From the NCBI RefSeq assembly GCF_009914755.1, contig NC_060932.1: DNA of 64,000 bases; one strand, 5' to 3'. Shown here piece by piece: positions 60,007-64,000 of this stretch. The notes under the pieces were generated by a model. That model was not told the origin of the DNA and did no database searches. It saw nothing but the letters and a program-made list of their open reading frames with translations. The stretch comes from the human T2T-CHM13v2.0 reference genome, Homo sapiens. The number at the start of each line of letters is the position of its first letter. Within the stretch, counting starts at the first letter, position 1. Made by a program: the position numbers and the translations under genes.

Positions 60007-61427
60007 GTAAGTTTAATGCAATTTAGATCATTTTGTTTGCATTCTGTTATATTATTGGAATTGAAATTCTTCATAGTTGTAATATTTTATACAATATTTC
60101 TTCATATAAATATTCTCTAATTTATTTGATAATAACATTTGAATTGGACGTTTAGATTATTTCCTGCTTTTTATTAAAAATGATACTGTACTGGCTTGAA
60201 GTGTGGTCTCAGGACTAACCTTACTTTTAACATCTCTCTCTACTCCCTATAACTGTTCCGCACTTGCTCCACCCTGACAGTTACTATAAGGGCCAAACTG
60301 AAAAGGATAAATACTAGAGGGTATAGCCACTCACACAGGAGAAAAGGAAAAAAACCATTTTTTTCTTTTCCTTTTTCCTGGGTGGATAACTATTTAAGCA
60401 GCAAGTTTGCTAATCTGTACTTGTGCTACATATATTAGCCATGGAAAAAAATAATTATGGAGAATGAGTGAGGCCTAGATAAGAGAAAGCAGCAGTGAAG
60501 CACCTACATTTTCAATATTCAGCATAGCAAGGATGCACGGATTTCCTGGATTATGTGTACACAAAAAGTGTAGGTGGTATTGAGTCATTTTGCATGATTT
60601 GTCCATCTATGAAAGCCAATTTAACAAGGGTTGCTAAACCAAGAGGAACTGTGGTAGGATGGGCCAGAGCTTTAGGTCTCTTTTGGTAAGGAAACACAAT
60701 TGCTACATGAGAGACAGCCACAGATAACAGAGAGAGGATGGCGACCTCGCCTCTCTTTCCTCACAGCCAGTGAAGGAGCCAGAACTTAGATTATAATGGA
60801 AGAGGAAGTGTTTGAAAGAAATACTTCTACCCCAAGTCTGCAAAGCCACAATTATAGTGAGGGACATTTTTAATTTAAGTTTGAGATTAAAGTTCTAAAA
60901 CGAATGAATCTGATTGGTAAATTCTAGACAGCTACTATTTTAATAATAAAAACATGGCAGACTAGTTATGAAATCTGGCTAAGGTATCCTTTGAGGGAAA
61001 CACTGTAACACAGGAAAACGAGGTTCAGCATACCAGGAGTTCTTTTACTGAAAAAAAGTAAATATCATTAGAGGCAAGTTTATGCTTTAAAAAGCAGGGA
61101 TACTCTAATAAACCACTTAAATTTGATGAGAATCTAAAACCTTTCTCGTATTTCTTCCAAATTTCCTTCTACTGCTTGCATTTATATTTTATTTATCATG
61201 TTTTTGAGATGTAGCATTTAATCCATGTTTAGTCAAATAACTATTTTTGCTCATAAATTTGAATATTTGTAATATTATGTTTTTGTTTATGACATTTTTT
61301 TCCTAATTAGTTATAAATGGCATTTTTTTAACCAAAAGTACAAATGGAAGGCAAGTAGTAAACTGACTTGTAAAAAATCGGGAATTGAATATTTCTAAAT
61401 TCCCCATGTTTGTTACATAGAAACAGA

Positions 61428-61614
61428 TGAGCATCCCAGAACCAGTTTGATACCTCCAGGTGCCAGTGATTCAAGTACCTGTAATGATGATGCCTTTTTG
61501 TTCCTTCATTCATCCTTCACTGGTCTCTTTTGTTTTGGACAATTTTTTCTAACGTAGCATATTAATTCTTATAATAATTTTTCACCATATTTGCTATTTT
61601 TCATGGTTGCTTTA
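61428..61614 (+). repeat. 187-bp dispersed direct repeat, copy 1 (copy 2 at 63195-63381)
   Basis: Ungapped alignment with about 13 mismatches counted by hand (~93% identity), offset 1767 bp. Confidence 0.92.
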
Positions 61615-63259
61615 TTTTTTATGGTTGTTTTGGATTTGTCATGGTTTTGTCACAGGTTTCCCACTTTGTATCAGAAATATCAAATTTTGATCCTTGCCTC
61701 TCTTCCATGCTTTTAATAAAAATATAATATCCAATCTTTGCCCATCTATCATTATATTAATATTTTTGAGGTGATTAGAAAAGAGGAAAGAGACCATCAT
61801 AAAGATATTTTAAATTAGGGGATCCAAAAGAATTTGAAATTTGGAAAGGGGAGAATGATTATGTGTTTTAATATGTTTGATTACTAATGATAATCTGTCT
61901 CTTGATCTAAAATATCAATCAAAAGTACTAAAATTTTGCATCAAAGAGCTAAAAAGGTACTGAGACAGTTAACATACTGTTTCCTAGGCTAATATTGAAT
62001 TCAAGTTCTTTTTTGTAAATATCTTGAAAAATAAACGGTGGTGTTTGTTAAACTACCGATAGCATTGGACAATCTGTGAGTCTATTGAATAAGTCAAAAT
62101 AATATTGTTTTCTCACCTATTCCCAAACATATAAATGTGTGGTACTTTCATAGTTTTAGAAAATATTTAACCTCCTTAGAGAAGAATGACAATTTCATCT
62201 GATAATCATCAAAGCCCTATGAGTTCTGAAAGACTGTAGTTTTTATAAATAAATATACCTACGTGAAGAATAAGTCCTGTCAAATTCATCTAATTTTCTT
62301 TTATGGTAGTGACAAACTTGATATATCAAAGAGAGGAATTGGATTATAATACTTCCTGACTGTTTAGTCAAGATTTAGTTTGAATTTTTATCAGAGAATG
62401 TAGAGAATGTAGCTCAAATTACACTTTTATTATCTGGTTTGAAAATTAGCAGTAGTATGATTTCCAAGCATAATTATGTGTGTTTTGATCTTATTTTAAG
62501 AATGTACAGTGGATAGGGTTTCAGAGGGATTTAGTTAATTATTCAAAAGCTTGATAGAGTTTAGGATTAATCCTTGGCAATCAATGAAATAAGTAAAGCT
62601 TGTATCTGACTCTATTTGCTTTGTTAACTTCTTACATCTTCCTACTTTTGCTTCATATGCCAAGAGAACCTTATTATAATGAATATGTACAGTGTTGCTT
62701 ATAATTTGGGTGTGTCCAGTTTATATCACATCGGCTAAAGTCTTCCCAGTTGTTATTCTTTCAAGATGTGGCCAACTTGAAAGCGACAACCAGCTTAGGT
62801 CACTAATCAACCTGTTCCCATGTGTATCATGAATATAAGAAAAAATGGTAAACTGACTTGGCAAACATTTAACTATTTATGCATATTTTGTTGTTTTCTT
62901 GCTTATGTCAGTATGCCCCCATCTTTCTCCAGGTAGGATTTGATATAGCAAACATGTTAATTGGAAAAACTAAAAAAATTACAGCAACATATTTAGTGCA
63001 GAAAGATAAAGTATGTGAAAATCATAATAATAACAGTAATAGTCAAAATTATATCTAGTTATCTCAAACCAAATGTGGAGTGTTTCAGTCACAAAATACA
63101 TAGGCTCTACATCCCTTCAATTTTTTGACATCAATCTCTTCCAGTTCAATTTACTCTTCAGGGAATCAAAAGTCTTAGTCCCATGAGACACTCTTGAGCA
63201 TCCCAGAACCGGTTTGATACCTCGAGGTGCCAGTGATTCAAGTACCTGTGATGGTGATG

Positions 63260-64000
63260 CCTTTTTATTCCTTCATTCATCCTTCACTGGTCTCTTTTGT
63301 CTTGGACAATATTTTCTAGTGTAGCATATTAATTCTTTTAATAATTTTTCACCATATTTGTTACTTTTTATGGTTGCTTTAGGTCTTACCATATAAATTT
63401 CAATTTAGCAGAATCTACTTCAGATTTTTACTAACTTAATTCCAGTTTTAAATGTGACTCATGTAGCTCTATTTCCATTTCCTCCTTTATATGTTATTAT
63501 TATTATACATATTGCATCTACATATGTTACAAATTTAACAATACATTATTATTTTATATAAAGTTATGTCTCAAAAACAAAGAAAAAAGAGATCAAATAT
63601 ATATTTATAGGGTTCATTATATTAGACATCATATTTACCATTTCTAGTCATTTTTATTTGTTCCTGTGGACTTGAGTTGTCATCTGATATGCTTTCCTTA
63701 GTTCAATATCAGTTTTCTCCCACCTGCTTTCTTATGCTGCTATTGGCAAATATATTATATTTCTATATGTTATAGATCCAACAACATTATACACATATTA
63801 GTTCACACAATCACTCTTTATGAGTAAGAGAAGAATGGATAAGAAATATGCATTTCTCCTACCTTTTACAATTACACATTTACCTTTAGTGGTACTTTTT
63901 GATTTTTCATGTGGATTCAAATTACTATCTGGGGATGCTTGTTTGCAGCCTGAAGAACTTTTTTTAGTATTTCTTTGAGGGAGTATATGCTAGTAACAAA
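63260..64000 (-). mobile_element. L1MC/L1MD-like fragment running off the right edge
   Basis: T-rich antisense L1M-type sequence (GGTTGCTTTAGG...CAGAATCTACTTCAGAT...TTCATGTGGATTCAAATTACTATCTGG...CAGCCTGAAGAACTT). Confidence 0.6.

Noticed and set aside
60187-61010. Possible ancient Gypsy-like or ERV LTR (TGTA...TAACA bounded)
   Set aside because: The resemblance is only impressionistic, with no TSD or diagnostic motif I can support.

Overview
AT-rich primate (almost certainly human) genomic DNA, not prokaryotic. Three + strand coding exons (7884-8077, 58013-58150, 59874-60006) have canonical AG/GT boundaries and splice in frame. They give the middle of the cyclic-nucleotide-binding-domain protein CNBD1, recognised from memory of the protein. 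Almost everything else is intron, including one of 49.9 kb, and is densely filled with transposon fossils: the 5' end of a young antisense L1PA, several 5'-truncated or 5'-inverted L1s, full-length Tigger1 and Charlie3 DNA transposons, a two-LTR MER57-type provirus with a perfect tRNA-Leu(CAA) primer-binding site, an ERVL pol remnant, solo LTRs, Alus, MIR and L2. I found no evidence for a novel multi-gene system. The most unusual signal not explained by repeat families is a set of short, locally copied direct and inverted duplications (including a perfect 44-bp inverted repeat) and iterative micro-duplications that resemble templated DNA-repair insertions. Other points of interest are a trimeric Alu, a near-lossless twin-priming L1, a degenerate cNMP pocket, and an L1 antisense promoter pointing into the CNBD1 exons. 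Repeat subfamily names and mismatch counts were made by eye and need RepeatMasker/alignment confirmation.
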